Shown in pieces: positions 1 through 10,470 of a DNA stretch of 64,000 nucleotides (its first letter is position 1; every line of letters starts with the position of its first letter). The stretch spans positions 65,830-129,829 of the IMG/VR virus record IMGVR_UViG_3300017917_001940; one strand, written 5' to 3'. The stretch is from a virus. Position numbers and translations under genes: made by a program. The notes beneath the pieces are model-generated. The model made no database searches. It saw nothing but the letters and a program-made list of their open reading frames with translations, and had not been told where the DNA came from.

Positions 1-444
1 TTGGCACCGGAATATTTAGAATCGCTCTGGACAGCACTAGAAGCCACAGCACAAAGCCAAGGTCCTACGCCTAATGTAAGCATGGTTAAAGTTACCACTG
101 GAAAGTTGTTTAATGTAGGCGGAGGAACAGTAGGATTCAATGATCCTGGCAAAACTCAATTAATTGCCTATACTGCAACCAGCACTCAACCGGCGGTATT
201 GCTAACTATTAGTTCTTCAGATTCGCCTACAATTCAAACTTGCTATCGTTGGAGCGAATTAGATCAAATTGTTAACAGCCACTACCCACAGTGGTTTTTT
301 ATATCTGCAGGTCCAACTTATGCTAATATTGATGGCCGTTTGGTGCTAAATGCCTATATTGAACGATATGTACATAGCTCACAATTAGAGCATATTACCA
401 GTATTGATTTAGCTGTAATTCCGGGTAAGGAATGCCCAAATTAA
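1..444 (+). CDS. hypothetical protein, probably 5'-truncated by the window edge
   Basis: Frame is open from base 1 to TAA at 444; no motif recognised. Confidence 0.55.
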   Translation: MAPEYLESLWTALEATAQSQGPTPNVSMVKVTTGKLFNVGGGTVGFNDPGKTQLIAYTATSTQPAVLLTISSSDSPTIQTCYRWSELDQIVNSHYPQWFFISAGPTYANIDGRLVLNAYIERYVHSSQLEHITSIDLAVIPGKECPN

Positions 445-518
445 AATTGCCATAAGTATTAGAGTATGTCCGAAAAATGTGTTATAATTATAATATACGC
501 AGTTTAAGGACTATTTAA

Positions 519-1109
519 ATGCCAGAAAAAATGCCTGCACTAGAAGAATTAGAAACAGAAAAATCCCACAGCCAGCTACTACAAGATGCTGGCATGTATG
601 TGTTTATGGGTGACGTAGACACAGAATCTCTCAAGCCTGTTATTGAGTGGATTCTTGCTGAAAATCACGTGACCAAGAAACGCAAGAAAGAACTGCTATT
701 AATGATATGTAGTTCTGGCGGAGATATGGAGCCAACGTTTGCATTGATTGACGTGATGAAGGCCAGTTCAATACCTATTAAAACTGTAGGACTCGGGCAG
801 ATTGCCAGCTGTGGATTGTTGATTTTTATGGCTGGCACTCGAGGACAACGAATTCTTACACCTAACACAAGTATTTTAAGTCATCAATACTCATGGGGTA
901 GTGATGGCAAACATCACGAACTATTTTCAGTTGCTAAAGAATTTAATCTTACACATGCTCGTATGATTGCTCATTATAAGGAATGTACGGGCTTAAACGA
1001 CGAAGAAATTAAAGTAACTCTACTGCCACCAAGTGATGTGTGGCTAACCGCAGACGAGGCATTGGCTCTTGGCATCTGCGATTATATTTCTGACTTAAAA
1101 CGCGATTAA
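519..1109 (+). CDS. clpP: divergent ClpP-family protease subunit
   Basis: SSGG, GQIASCG (catalytic Ser), SHQ (His) and SDVWLTADEAL (Asp) align with the ClpP triad. Confidence 0.85.
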   Translation: MPEKMPALEELETEKSHSQLLQDAGMYVFMGDVDTESLKPVIEWILAENHVTKKRKKELLLMICSSGGDMEPTFALIDVMKASSIPIKTVGLGQIASCGLLIFMAGTRGQRILTPNTSILSHQYSWGSDGKHHELFSVAKEFNLTHARMIAHYKECTGLNDEEIKVTLLPPSDVWLTADEALALGICDYISDLKRD

Positions 1110-2671
1110 CGTTGACGTTTACGGCCTAGTGTACTAGGCGATCCTAGTTTTTCTTTTTCCACACCGCCAGCATGAGCAGTGACACTGCTACGTGGTGGAA
1201 TATAGTCGACTAACTCGCCTGCTTGGCTGTCGCCAGGGGCATCTGTAGTAGCAGTCTCTTCTTTGTTTGCCACTGCTTTAGGTTCTTTGTTGATGTTAAA
1301 CACTAACTTACCACCAGAACTGGCTGTGGAACTATAACTCTTTTGTGCTTCTAGTGTCACGTCAGTAAACAGTTTACTTGGCCACACTGTGGTAAAGCCT
1401 TGAATGATAAATTCACCTTTGCCTTTTTTAGCATCAGTGTACATTTGAACAAATGCTGAATTGTTAAGGATATCTGCGGCAGCTTCTGAGAAGTTGGTTT
1501 TAGTATTAATCTCATTACATACTTTGTAAGCAATACTTGACACTAAATGATTTAACGGAACAACCTTACTCGGATCTTCTGCTGTGCGGTCTTTATAAAT
1601 TTTCTTAAGATTAGCAGACAAATCAGTCTTGTTGATATCAAAATCTTTAACACCATCATATTTTTTCAAACTCATCACTTGAGCTATTTCGTCTTGTTTA
1701 ATCATACCGAGTTGAACAGCAAGATCTAACGGACCACTATCATGACTACCTTTATCAATTACTTCTAAAATATCAATAACATCTTTATACTGTTTACGGA
1801 ATTGTGTCATTCCTGCTGCCTCAAGTTCACGAACACTGTTTAATAAGTTCACACTAGATGCCATGGCACCTTTTGCGCCTTTAGAACTTAGTTTAATCTG
1901 TTTCCCAGCCGAATTAATCAATAATGAATCAAATAATTCTCCACTGGTCTTGGTATTAAAACTAACTACGCAATCTGAATATCCACCTTTGCCCATAAAC
2001 ACTTCTGCGGCACGTGCAGCGTTACCTTTAACTGGTGCACCATTGATAAGAACAATAGGCTGTAACATTTCGCAAAAGTAATCGCGGAATCCGGCAAAGT
2101 CCATGTTACCTGACGGTACCGATACTGGAAAACTTTCAGCTGAGGTAATAATCACAGCCGCTTGATACTCAGCTGATTCATTACCAAATTTAGCGGCAAT
2201 TTGTGCTAGTATGCTTTCTGGGGTTTGGCTTTTAAATTCAGTTAATACATCTGTTGGTTTATACCCAACTTTTTCTTTTGACCCACGAGCGTCAGTTTGG
2301 CTAAACTCTCCTGGGATATCCACGGTTTGGAAAAATGTATTTTTTTCTCTAACTGGTTTGATCTCTTTAGCAAATTTAGCTAGATATCTTGTGCCCACCG
2401 CAGTGTCAAATGCCGCAATACCAAACGCACGATTTGCTCCGGGTTGATTAACCATTTCAATTGGATGTTTTACTTGCTTTTGTACAGCATCAAACGCAGT
2501 CATCATCTCTTCTCTACTGGTAAAACTACCAACTTCTGGATAAAAGGTTAAACTTTGGAATGTAATTTGGTTATCACTGCCTTCGCCACGCGAATAAACT
2601 TCGCCAGGTTTACGGGCACTTAGTCCACGAGCTTCATCTAGGGTGTTTATTAGGTTAATCAAGTCTCTCAT
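1106..2671 (-). CDS. hypothetical late protein with a PD-(D/E)xK-like motif and a possible head-targeting leader
   Basis: 521 aa; LFDSLLINSAGKQIKLSSK motif; N-terminus MRDLINLINTLDE; TAAGTA upstream on the minus strand (2678-2683). Confidence 0.6.
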   Translation of the reverse strand: MRDLINLINTLDEARGLSARKPGEVYSRGEGSDNQITFQSLTFYPEVGSFTSREEMMTAFDAVQKQVKHPIEMVNQPGANRAFGIAAFDTAVGTRYLAKFAKEIKPVREKNTFFQTVDIPGEFSQTDARGSKEKVGYKPTDVLTEFKSQTPESILAQIAAKFGNESAEYQAAVIITSAESFPVSVPSGNMDFAGFRDYFCEMLQPIVLINGAPVKGNAARAAEVFMGKGGYSDCVVSFNTKTSGELFDSLLINSAGKQIKLSSKGAKGAMASSVNLLNSVRELEAAGMTQFRKQYKDVIDILEVIDKGSHDSGPLDLAVQLGMIKQDEIAQVMSLKKYDGVKDFDINKTDLSANLKKIYKDRTAEDPSKVVPLNHLVSSIAYKVCNEINTKTNFSEAAADILNNSAFVQMYTDAKKGKGEFIIQGFTTVWPSKLFTDVTLEAQKSYSSTASSGGKLVFNINKEPKAVANKEETATTDAPGDSQAGELVDYIPPRSSVTAHAGGVEKEKLGSPSTLGRKRQR

Positions 2672-2712
2672 AATATGTACTTATACTAGTTCTAATACAA
2701 TAAGTAAAAGGT

Positions 2713-3585
2713 ATGAACAAAATACAACTACAAATTTGTAGTGACCAATGGCAAAATCGAGAACAGATATTAGAACTACTGCCCAAAATAACAGCAAGTT
2801 GGGTGGTGTTTGATACTGGCGCAGAAGGTATCAGTTTAAAGCACAGTGGCATTTTAGACGTGATCAATCAATGGGTGTCGAGCACTGGTCGAGATCCAGC
2901 AACAGTATTCATAAACAATCCAAACACCTACGAGCAAACCCCATACAAAAATTTGTACAATCCAAATTATGGTAATCATTTCTTTTCAATGAGTCGTAGT
3001 TATCAAATGCCAGTGCCGGAAATTAATACACAATCTAAATTGTTTGGTTTGTTTATCGGAAGGCATACAGCAGAACGAGAACAGATACTTTTAGATGTTG
3101 TAAACACATGCCAGGATCATTTTGTGTTAAGTGTAATGAAAACTCATTATCCTTGTCCTTGGCCTAATGAACTCAAACACATTAAATCAATTGATGATAC
3201 TTACATTAGAGATCAATACACTGGAGAAACAAACACTAACTTAAATTTGCTAAAGTTTTACGATCAGTTTCAAATTGAGGTGGTAGCAGAAACTATGACC
3301 GCAGGAGAAACATTCTTTCCTACTGAAAAAACAATTAGACCCATCAGTGGACTAAGGCCTTGGTTAGTGTATGGCCCAAAAAACTTTTTGGCAAATTTAA
3401 GATCTATGGGTTTTTCCACCTATCAAACTTGTTGGTCTGAAGAATACGATTGTTACGACGGACTAGATCGTTGGCGTCGTATGTTAGACATAATTCAACA
3501 TATTATTAACAATGGATATGACACCGAATTGGCACGTGATATTGCCCAATACAATCTCAACGTGCTTAGAAAGTGGCATAGATGA
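2713..3585 (+). CDS. glycosyltransferase-like protein (GT10/fucosyltransferase-like motif)
   Basis: IEVVAETM...FFPTEKTIRPI...PWLVYG resembles the GT10 ENS...xTEK donor-binding motif. Confidence 0.55.
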   Translation: MNKIQLQICSDQWQNREQILELLPKITASWVVFDTGAEGISLKHSGILDVINQWVSSTGRDPATVFINNPNTYEQTPYKNLYNPNYGNHFFSMSRSYQMPVPEINTQSKLFGLFIGRHTAEREQILLDVVNTCQDHFVLSVMKTHYPCPWPNELKHIKSIDDTYIRDQYTGETNTNLNLLKFYDQFQIEVVAETMTAGETFFPTEKTIRPISGLRPWLVYGPKNFLANLRSMGFSTYQTCWSEEYDCYDGLDRWRRMLDIIQHIINNGYDTELARDIAQYNLNVLRKWHR

Positions 3586-4547
3586 TTGTAGCAGAATTCA
3601 ACAATGGTTGGGGAGTACACTGGCCAGTTAAACAACTTGAACATGACATTGTTCAACAACTGCTGGCAACTAGCACAGATAAAATCGTGATTATCAATAG
3701 CACATGGTACACAACTGAATATCATCTGAAAGTTATACAACAATTAAAAACCCTTGACTTCGATCATATTGTGTTAGTGGCCATGATTGATCCAGCAATA
3801 CCTAAACTTGAATGGTACGATGAGTTCGCTTGTTCTATAAGCGTTATTGGTTATTATCCTGGAGAATGTAATATAGATTTCTGGGCTCTGGTATTAAATA
3901 AATTTTATCAAGAACCTGCTGTTGATTTGTTAGATGCTACATTGATAGACACTGCCTATATGTGCCTTAATCGCAAACCACACTGGCACCGAAAGAAACT
4001 CTATAACGAACTTGACATACATGGTTTGTTAGACAATGGTATAGTTAGTTTAGGAGGTGTTAGAACCTTGCTAATGGATGTCGGATACCAAGACCTTACA
4101 CCAAATGCCGGACCTGGTGAATATGGCATTGGCAACGATATTGTAAGTCTTGGGCATTTATCCAATTGGACCAGATGTTTTATGAACATAGTAACCGAAA
4201 CCGCTTGGAGCATTAATCATACAGGATTCGTCAGTGAAAAAATTTACAAGCCTATACTCGGTTGTCGTCCATTTTTAGTATACGACACAGATGCTGGCGA
4301 ACAATGGTTAACTAATCGAGGGTTTAAAACATATACACAGGACTTTCAAGACATAACCAATTTAACATTAACCGATCCTAACAATTTGGTACCGTTTTTA
4401 AAAATACTTTGTGCTCAACCAAAAGATTATTGGCAATCAAAATTACTTGATCTAAAAGACAAATTATTGTATAATAAAAATCACTTTGCTGAGTATGTTC
4501 AGCAACAACAATTAACTATTAGACAAGGAATACAATGCCAAATTTAG
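3582..4547 (+). CDS. glycosyltransferase-like protein, paralog of 2713-3585
   Basis: FMNIVTET...[19 protein letters not shown]. Confidence 0.55.
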   Translation: MIVAEFNNGWGVHWPVKQLEHDIVQQLLATSTDKIVIINSTWYTTEYHLKVIQQLKTLDFDHIVLVAMIDPAIPKLEWYDEFACSISVIGYYPGECNIDFWALVLNKFYQEPAVDLLDATLIDTAYMCLNRKPHWHRKKLYNELDIHGLLDNGIVSLGGVRTLLMDVGYQDLTPNAGPGEYGIGNDIVSLGHLSNWTRCFMNIVTETAWSINHTGFVSEKIYKPILGCRPFLVYDTDAGEQWLTNRGFKTYTQDFQDITNLTLTDPNNLVPFLKILCAQPKDYWQSKLLDLKDKLLYNKNHFAEYVQQQQLTIRQGIQCQI

Positions 4548-5128
4548 TGCCGATCGTAGTAGAACAAACATCAAAAGGCGAACGTAGTTACGATATCTAC
4601 AGTCGTTTGCTTAAAGAACGTATTGTAATGTTGGACACAGATGTAAATAATCATAGTGCTAGTTTGATTGTGGCACAGATGTTATTCCTTGAAGCAGAAG
4701 ATCCTGAACGTGATATTCTGTTTTACATTAACAGCCCGGGTGGTGTAGTCACAGCAGGCATGAGCATTTATGACACTATGCAATTTATCAAGTGTGACGT
4801 GAGCACTATTGTCATGGGTCAAGCGTGTTCTATGGGTAGTTTATTAGCCCAAGCCGGTGCCGCAGGTAAACGATTGATTTTGCCTAATGCACGACACATG
4901 ATTCATCAACCAAGTGGTGGTGCTCAAGGACAAGCAACAGACATTCAGATTCAAGCACAAGAAATTTTAAAGATGAAAAAGTATCTCACCGAAATTTACG
5001 CAAAGCATAACACAGCAGGCAAGACATATGATGACCTAGCAAAGGACATGGAACGTGACTATTTTATGAGTGCTGAAGAGGCAGTGGCATACGGTCTAGC
5101 AGACAAGGTCATTACTAAACGAGAATGA
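4535..5128 (+). CDS. clpP: ATP-dependent Clp protease proteolytic subunit ClpP (host-like)
   Basis: [49 protein letters not shown]. Confidence 0.97.
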   Translation: MPNLVPIVVEQTSKGERSYDIYSRLLKERIVMLDTDVNNHSASLIVAQMLFLEAEDPERDILFYINSPGGVVTAGMSIYDTMQFIKCDVSTIVMGQACSMGSLLAQAGAAGKRLILPNARHMIHQPSGGAQGQATDIQIQAQEILKMKKYLTEIYAKHNTAGKTYDDLAKDMERDYFMSAEEAVAYGLADKVITKRE

Positions 5129-6423
5129 GTTTCAAAAAAACTTTTTGTCCTAGCCCATGGTTTCACATTCGAATAAACAACGGTGGCAACTATGAGTTTT
5201 GTCGCTGGGGGAAACTTTCAGACGAATCACGAGTTAATTTTATTCACAATATTAAAAATCAATCACCCGTAGATTATTTTCAAAATACTCTAGCACCATT
5301 AAGACAACAAATGTTAAACGGGCAACCCATTGCCGAATGTGCAGATTGTCACACAATGGAGAAGCATGGCAAGGTCAGCGGTCGACAACGTCAACTGCTA
5401 AAAGTTGGTGTTATGGAGCCTTATTTTGAAAAATCATTAGCTAGTTCGCCGATGGTATCCGATTTCGCTTATAGCGACCTTAATGAAGGTAAGACTACAA
5501 GAAATGTAACCGATTGGCAAATCGACTTAGGAAATTATTGTAACGGTGCATGTGTTTTTTGTACTCCTCGAAATAGTAGTCGATTAGCACAAGATTATAA
5601 AGCACTAGGACTTATTGATGAACTTCCTCCTAGTAGTTGGTGTGACAATCCAGTTCTGTTGCAAAAATTTATCAATGATTTAATATCTAGTAAAAACTTA
5701 GCATACTTACACTTTATCGGAGGCGAAACTGTTATTACTCCTGGGTTTAAAACCATCCTCACAGCGTTAGTTAACAGTGGACAATCAAAAGATATTACAG
5801 TAGGATTTACAACAAATCTATTGGTGTGGTCAGAACCTATTATTAATTTACTTACTCAGTTTAAACAAGTTAATCTTGGATTAAGCATTGAAACCCTCAC
5901 ACCAGTTAATGATTATGTAAGATGGCCATGTGAGTACAATCAAACTCGAATAGTTCTTGACCGCTGGGTTAGCGAGGCTAAACAACGTAACTGGTTAACT
6001 CAATTACGTATTACTCCGACCTGTCTGACTATTAAAGATTTACACACAGTATATGATTATGCCTGGGAACATGGCACCGCTGTTGAGAGTTGTAACTTTT
6101 TACATCAACCAGAGTTTTTACGTATTAACGTACTGCCAAAAAATATACTCACCCAGGCCAAGCAAAATTTGTCTCATTGGATTGATCAACATCAAATTGA
6201 GATTAACGAACAAATTATTAACACAAGAGATCCTAATATGTATCAAGCACAACTATTGCAAGATGCACAAAGTTATCTAGCCTTCATTGACTCAACAGAG
6301 GACGAAAGTTTTAGATTACCTGAATTAATCAAATATCTAAAACTGCTCGAGAGTAAGAGAAATAATAGTGTATTGGATTATCTACCGGAATATGAAACGT
6401 TATTCAGATCTGCAGGTTACTGA
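5125..6423 (+). CDS. radical SAM protein with an N-terminal Cys-rich (twitch/SPASM-like) segment
   Basis: CNGACVFC (CX3CX2C), FIGGE motif, N-terminal CPSPW...C and CADC. Confidence 0.9.
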   Translation: MSFKKTFCPSPWFHIRINNGGNYEFCRWGKLSDESRVNFIHNIKNQSPVDYFQNTLAPLRQQMLNGQPIAECADCHTMEKHGKVSGRQRQLLKVGVMEPYFEKSLASSPMVSDFAYSDLNEGKTTRNVTDWQIDLGNYCNGACVFCTPRNSSRLAQDYKALGLIDELPPSSWCDNPVLLQKFINDLISSKNLAYLHFIGGETVITPGFKTILTALVNSGQSKDITVGFTTNLLVWSEPIINLLTQFKQVNLGLSIETLTPVNDYVRWPCEYNQTRIVLDRWVSEAKQRNWLTQLRITPTCLTIKDLHTVYDYAWEHGTAVESCNFLHQPEFLRINVLPKNILTQAKQNLSHWIDQHQIEINEQIINTRDPNMYQAQLLQDAQSYLAFIDSTEDESFRLPELIKYLKLLESKRNNSVLDYLPEYETLFRSAGY

Positions 6424-6781
6424 TTTAGTATTATCCATTGAGATAGAAACAATAGGTAATCCTGATTATCTATTAACTGTCAATGGGCAACATTATATCG
6501 ATAATATGCACCTACCATTATTAGATCCTATTAACATTGATATTGAGTTTAAAAATAAAGTATACACTACTGAATATGAAACAGCGATTATTGTCGATAT
6601 ATCAATTGATAATATCAATATAATCCCAACATATAATCATCTTGTACAGTATGTTAACGATCATAATCAAGTAGTAACATCAAACTACATCGGCTTCAAT
6701 GGTAAGTGGACACTAACCATAGATAGACCCTTTTATCAGTGGCTACATCAAGTACAAAATCAGGGCTGGTTACTAGACTAG
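6392..6781 (+). CDS. hypothetical protein, paralog of 59008-59430
   Basis: C-terminal GFNGKWTLTIDRPFYQWL matches GCNGTASLKFSTPIYLWL. Confidence 0.65.
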   Translation: MKRYSDLQVTDLVLSIEIETIGNPDYLLTVNGQHYIDNMHLPLLDPINIDIEFKNKVYTTEYETAIIVDISIDNINIIPTYNHLVQYVNDHNQVVTSNYIGFNGKWTLTIDRPFYQWLHQVQNQGWLLD

Positions 6782-6834
6782 CTAAGTCATTGATTCTTAA
6801 GGAAAAAAATTTCTATATAAATCAATGACTTAGC
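6781..6834. promoter_or_regulatory. inverted pair of IHF-consensus sites
   Basis: GCTAAGTCATTGATT (6781-6795) and AATCAATGACTTAGC (6820-6834) form a perfect 15 bp inverted repeat; each matches WATCAANNNNTTR. Confidence 0.7.
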
Positions 6835-6850
6835 GGCATACACCAAATAC

Positions 6851-6879
6851 TTGACCAGAATCTCACCTTTTGCTATACT
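6851..6879 (+). promoter_or_regulatory. sigma70-type early promoter
   Basis: TTGACC-N17-TATACT with TG extension. Confidence 0.85.
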
Positions 6880-6906
6880 AATAAAACTTAAACAAAAGGA
6901 GTAGCA

Positions 6907-7410
6907 ATGAGCAAAGTTCTAAATTTCGCAGGTGTTAGTCGTTTAAATGGTGAACTCAAGTTCCGTACTGCCACTGAAGACAGTCGTTTTGCACAGTTGT
7001 CTAAGTTGGGTGACACTGATGTTGAATTTGTTCGCATTGACCCAGTTGAGTCCAAACAAGCGGCCGCAGAACAGTTACTCGCTCGTAACTTTGCCAATGG
7101 TCGTGTTGAGATCGAAGCATTGTTAAACGAAGTTGCTCTTCGTGTGAAACCCAAACGTGAAGTTAAAGTAACTGTTCCAACTAAGTTTGCCCAAGAAATG
7201 TTGGGTGCTAAGGTTAAGGTTGAGCCAGTTCAGAAACGGGTGCGTAAGATTGATCAAGTGTTTGGCAAAGGCCCTACTTTATCAGTTGACGAAGCCAACG
7301 CTCGTGTTATGGCTACTGTTCGTGAGGTAACTCCAGAAGAAGCCATGCGATTGTTGGTTAACGCCATGCCTAAGAAACGCAAGTCACGTAAACAAGTGGA
7401 GACAGTATAA
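6907..7410 (+). CDS. hypothetical early protein
   Basis: 167 aa ORF with AGGAG RBS. Confidence 0.8.
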   Translation: MSKVLNFAGVSRLNGELKFRTATEDSRFAQLSKLGDTDVEFVRIDPVESKQAAAEQLLARNFANGRVEIEALLNEVALRVKPKREVKVTVPTKFAQEMLGAKVKVEPVQKRVRKIDQVFGKGPTLSVDEANARVMATVREVTPEEAMRLLVNAMPKKRKSRKQVETV

Positions 7411-7574
7411 TGAGCACAGTAGACACACTGCGTCAAGAGATTGAGCAATTGAGCAATCGCGAGTTAGAACAAAAGTACGAACTATATCGCGATCTTAAGA
7501 GCAAGGGTGTGAGAGATGAGATCATGCTCACACTGCTTGAGGAAGAATTATACAACCGTGTGGTATTGGTTTAA
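7410..7574 (+). CDS. small hypothetical protein (54 aa, absent from the ORF track)
   Basis: ATG overlaps the upstream TAA; MSTVDTLRQEIEQL... Confidence 0.7.
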   Translation: MSTVDTLRQEIEQLSNRELEQKYELYRDLKSKGVRDEIMLTLLEEELYNRVVLV

Positions 7575-7680
7575 CGAATAGGCGTTGTAGTAAGGTAGCA
7601 CTCCAAACCCGGCAGATGACCTGGGCAGACATAAGTCGTAAGTCCTAAGTCCGGGATAAAGGTCAGAAACCAACTAACAG
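7575..7680 (+). ncRNA. candidate structured RNA (pseudoknot) in an intergenic gap
   Basis: CCCGG(7608)/CCGGG(7651) interleaves with TGACCT(7617)/AGGTCA(7660); three TAAGTC repeats. Confidence 0.35.
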
Positions 7681-7686
7681 GAACAT

Positions 7687-7926
7687 ATGCCCTACGTAAC
7701 AGACAATTTGAAAACAGAAGCATTTGTCGCAGGTAAGATTGATTTATATAACCTAGTTTGCGACAATCCACAACTACGCATGGTCCCAATTGATCAAATT
7801 CGTATCCGTGATGATCTAAATGATTTAGGATATAAGTTTAGAATTCGTTATCGTGGCCCACATCGTCCACAGCACGACACTAAGAAAGTTGACGCTCGAG
7901 CATTTACGGTGTATATACTTGAATGA
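7687..7926 (+). CDS. hypothetical protein
   Basis: 79 aa ORF with CAGGA RBS. Confidence 0.7.
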   Translation: MPYVTDNLKTEAFVAGKIDLYNLVCDNPQLRMVPIDQIRIRDDLNDLGYKFRIRYRGPHRPQHDTKKVDARAFTVYILE

Positions 7927-8957
7927 GAATACGATTAATAGGTCAACGCAATCGCACAGGCATAGGCACACACTATGCCTATTTTGCTGATGCACTGCGT
8001 CGTTGTACCACAACAGAAATACAAGAGATTGATTATCAAAACGATGATCAAGTTCGTCGGGCCATTGATGACAGCGACGAACAAGACGTAAATATCAGTT
8101 TTGTGGGTGCAAACATTCACAAGTTTTTTGCTGGTCGTATTATACAGTGGATTGTATTTGAAAGCACACGCATAGCACCACACTTGCATGAGTGTCTACA
8201 TCAGTCCAATCAAATATGGGTACCAAGTGAATGGGGCCGTAACATACTACTCCAAAACGGCTATGGTTCAAAATACATTCGTGTGGTTCCTGAAGGTGTG
8301 GACGGTGCTTTTACATCTGGATTCCCGCAAGAAAAGAATGAAATCTTTACTTACTTGTTAGTGGGCAAGTACGAACAACGCAAAGGTATCAAGGAAACAG
8401 TTGAAGCATTTAAACTGGCCTGGGGCAACGACCAAGACAAACAGTTGTGGCTCAAGACTAATCGCTGTCAAGAGTTGGTAGACTTGATTGGTGATAGTAA
8501 GAATATCCATGTATTTGATGGTGATTTGGACATGGTTCAGTTGTACATGAAGTGCCATGTATTTGTTCTACCCACACGTGGCGAAGGTTGGGGTCTGCCC
8601 ATTATTGAAGCGGCCGCAAGTGGTCTGCCCATAATCACAACCTACTACAGTGCTCAAACCGAATACCTTAACCAAATACAGAATAGTTGTTACTTTGTTG
8701 ATTTCAATTTGGTTGATATCAACTGCCCGCTATACAAGGTCTGTTATCCAACACCAGATGGTAACTATGGTAAGTGGGCCCAACCCAGTGTAGACAGCAT
8801 AGCCCAAGCTATGTTGGACGTACACAAGAGCTATCAATTTGCTGATTATAAAGCAAAAGACAGCGAATTTATCATCAAAAGCCAATACACCTGGGTAAAA
8901 TCAGCAGAAAAAGCCCTAAAAATCCTTGAAAATCAACGACTTAGCGACATCATTTAA
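7923..8957 (+). CDS. glycosyltransferase, GT-B fold (GT4-like)
   Basis: WVPSEW, VGKYEQRKG, FVLPTRGEGWGLPIIEAAASGLPII. Confidence 0.9.
   Translation: MRIRLIGQRNRTGIGTHYAYFADALRRCTTTEIQEIDYQNDDQVRRAIDDSDEQDVNISFVGANIHKFFAGRIIQWIVFESTRIAPHLHECLHQSNQIWVPSEWGRNILLQNGYGSKYIRVVPEGVDGAFTSGFPQEKNEIFTYLLVGKYEQRKGIKETVEAFKLAWGNDQDKQLWLKTNRCQELVDLIGDSKNIHVFDGDLDMVQLYMKCHVFVLPTRGEGWGLPIIEAAASGLPIITTYYSAQTEYLNQIQNSCYFVDFNLVDINCPLYKVCYPTPDGNYGKWAQPSVDSIAQAMLDVHKSYQFADYKAKDSEFIIKSQYTWVKSAEKALKILENQRLSDII
8931..8945 (+). promoter_or_regulatory. IHF-consensus site upstream of a promoter
   Basis: AATCAACGACTTAGC. Confidence 0.6.
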
Positions 8958-8960
8958 CGG

Positions 8961-8989
8961 TTGACCAAAATCACCTAATATGGTATAAT
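8961..8989 (+). promoter_or_regulatory. sigma70-type early promoter
   Basis: TTGACC-N17-TATAAT. Confidence 0.85.
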
Positions 8990-9019
8990 ATTACTATAGT
9001 TAAGAAAAAGGAGCTACAA

Positions 9020-9250
9020 ATGACTACAGTAAATTATCAAGTTGGTGACCAAGTTAGTTATGGCATTGGTGGTGATCGTTATTATGACGGTAAGATTGTT
9101 CGTATCACCAAGCGTTTTATTTTTACAGATTCTGGTCGCAAATATACTCGCAAAGAGTACAAAGATGGTCATGTAAGTTATCGCGAAACTGGTTGTAAGT
9201 ACTGCTACCTGATTCCTGGTGTAGTTGAATACTTAGACCCACACTTTTAA
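9020..9250 (+). CDS. hypothetical early protein
   Basis: 76 aa ORF with AGGAG RBS. Confidence 0.8.
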   Translation: MTTVNYQVGDQVSYGIGGDRYYDGKIVRITKRFIFTDSGRKYTRKEYKDGHVSYRETGCKYCYLIPGVVEYLDPHF

Positions 9251-9257
9251 ACCCAGA

Positions 9258-9286
9258 TTGACCAGAAATGGTCAATTTGTTATAAT
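9258..9286 (+). promoter_or_regulatory. sigma70-type early promoter
   Basis: TTGACC-N17-TATAAT. Confidence 0.85.
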
Positions 9287-9305
9287 ATTACTATAAACTA
9301 AACAA

Positions 9306-9599
9306 ATGGAGCTCAAAATGGAATTCACAGTTATCAACAATGATGTTATTCGTGCGTATGACTTCAAGCCAATGGTAGGTCGTAGTGACTGTTTCGTAGA
9401 AGGCAAGGTCCTGGATGCACACGATAACAGCCGTGGTCATCAAGCATACAAGATTCGCGTCACTCGTGATGTATTTGATGGTAAGGAATTCACAGAAGCA
9501 GGTTACAAGTCGTTGGGTAACCGTGTGGGTGAGATTGTTTATGTTCCTTGGTTTACCACTCGTGATTACCAAGGTCGTGTAATTAACTTGTCGAGATAA
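9306..9599 (+). CDS. hypothetical early protein
   Basis: 97 aa ORF; the start may be the second ATG after GGAG. Confidence 0.75.
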   Translation: MELKMEFTVINNDVIRAYDFKPMVGRSDCFVEGKVLDAHDNSRGHQAYKIRVTRDVFDGKEFTEAGYKSLGNRVGEIVYVPWFTTRDYQGRVINLSR

Positions 9600-9603
9600 G
9601 ATT

Positions 9604-9948
9604 ATGGCAGTAACTAAACTACAAATGATCAAACAAGCTCATTCAATCTTAACCAAGGACTTTGAAACCTCGGTTAACCGCGACAGCGATTATACTCTGA
9701 AAAAACAATGCGATCGTTTGGCCAACTTTGCTTACATCGCTATGAAGCATCTTGAGGATAATAACATGCAGGACTTTGTGTTACTCAAGCATGATGATCT
9801 TCGTTCATGGTGGAATAAGCACAAGGAAGCCATGCGTCAAGAACAGCTGGCCAAAGAAGCCAAGGCTCGTCGAGCTGAACTTAAAGAACGAGCACTGGCA
9901 CGTTTGACTGATGAAGAAAAAGAAGCACTTGGACTTAAGAAAAAATAA
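9604..9948 (+). CDS. hypothetical protein with a C-terminal coiled coil
   Basis: 114 aa ORF. Confidence 0.75.
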   Translation: MAVTKLQMIKQAHSILTKDFETSVNRDSDYTLKKQCDRLANFAYIAMKHLEDNNMQDFVLLKHDDLRSWWNKHKEAMRQEQLAKEAKARRAELKERALARLTDEEKEALGLKKK

Positions 9949-9957
9949 GGAGTTATA

Positions 9958-10392
9958 ATGGCAACTCGTTCATGTATTGGTATTAAACACGGTGATGTTA
10001 TTCGCGGTATCTATGCCCACTGGGATGGTTATCCAGCGTGTAATGGTATGATTTTATATCAGCACTACAGTGATTCAATCAAAGTAAACAAGTTGATCAG
10101 CATGGGTGATGTTAGCTCACTGGGCGAGGAAATTGGCGAGTATCACAGCTTTGATCAGCCAGCAGTAGGCAAAGACTACTGTACCTTTTATGCTCGCGAT
10201 CGAGGTGAAGAAGGTGTGGAGTTTAGAACTTTTGCCACGGTAGATGAGTTTGTTGAAAGGTATGATGGTATGGGTGCTGAATACTACTACCTATATGACA
10301 ACGGTACTTGGTTCGTTAAATCATATCGCGGTGAGTTTGAACCTTTGCGTGATGTGTTAATCGTGGATGCTTTGACAAAGGAAGAGGCTTAA
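9958..10392 (+). CDS. conserved phage hypothetical protein (MATRSxIG...YxHWDGYP type)
   Basis: IYAHWDGYP and EYYYLYD motifs. Confidence 0.75.
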   Translation: MATRSCIGIKHGDVIRGIYAHWDGYPACNGMILYQHYSDSIKVNKLISMGDVSSLGEEIGEYHSFDQPAVGKDYCTFYARDRGEEGVEFRTFATVDEFVERYDGMGAEYYYLYDNGTWFVKSYRGEFEPLRDVLIVDALTKEEA

Positions 10393-10412
10393 ACAAGAAA
10401 GATTTGTGGCAG

Positions 10413-10441
10413 TTGACCAGTATCTCCAAAAGTAATACAAT
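10413..10441 (+). promoter_or_regulatory. sigma70-type early promoter
   Basis: TTGACC-N17-TACAAT. Confidence 0.75.
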
Positions 10442-10470
10442 GTAAGTTCAATATACTTTTAGGAGGTCGC

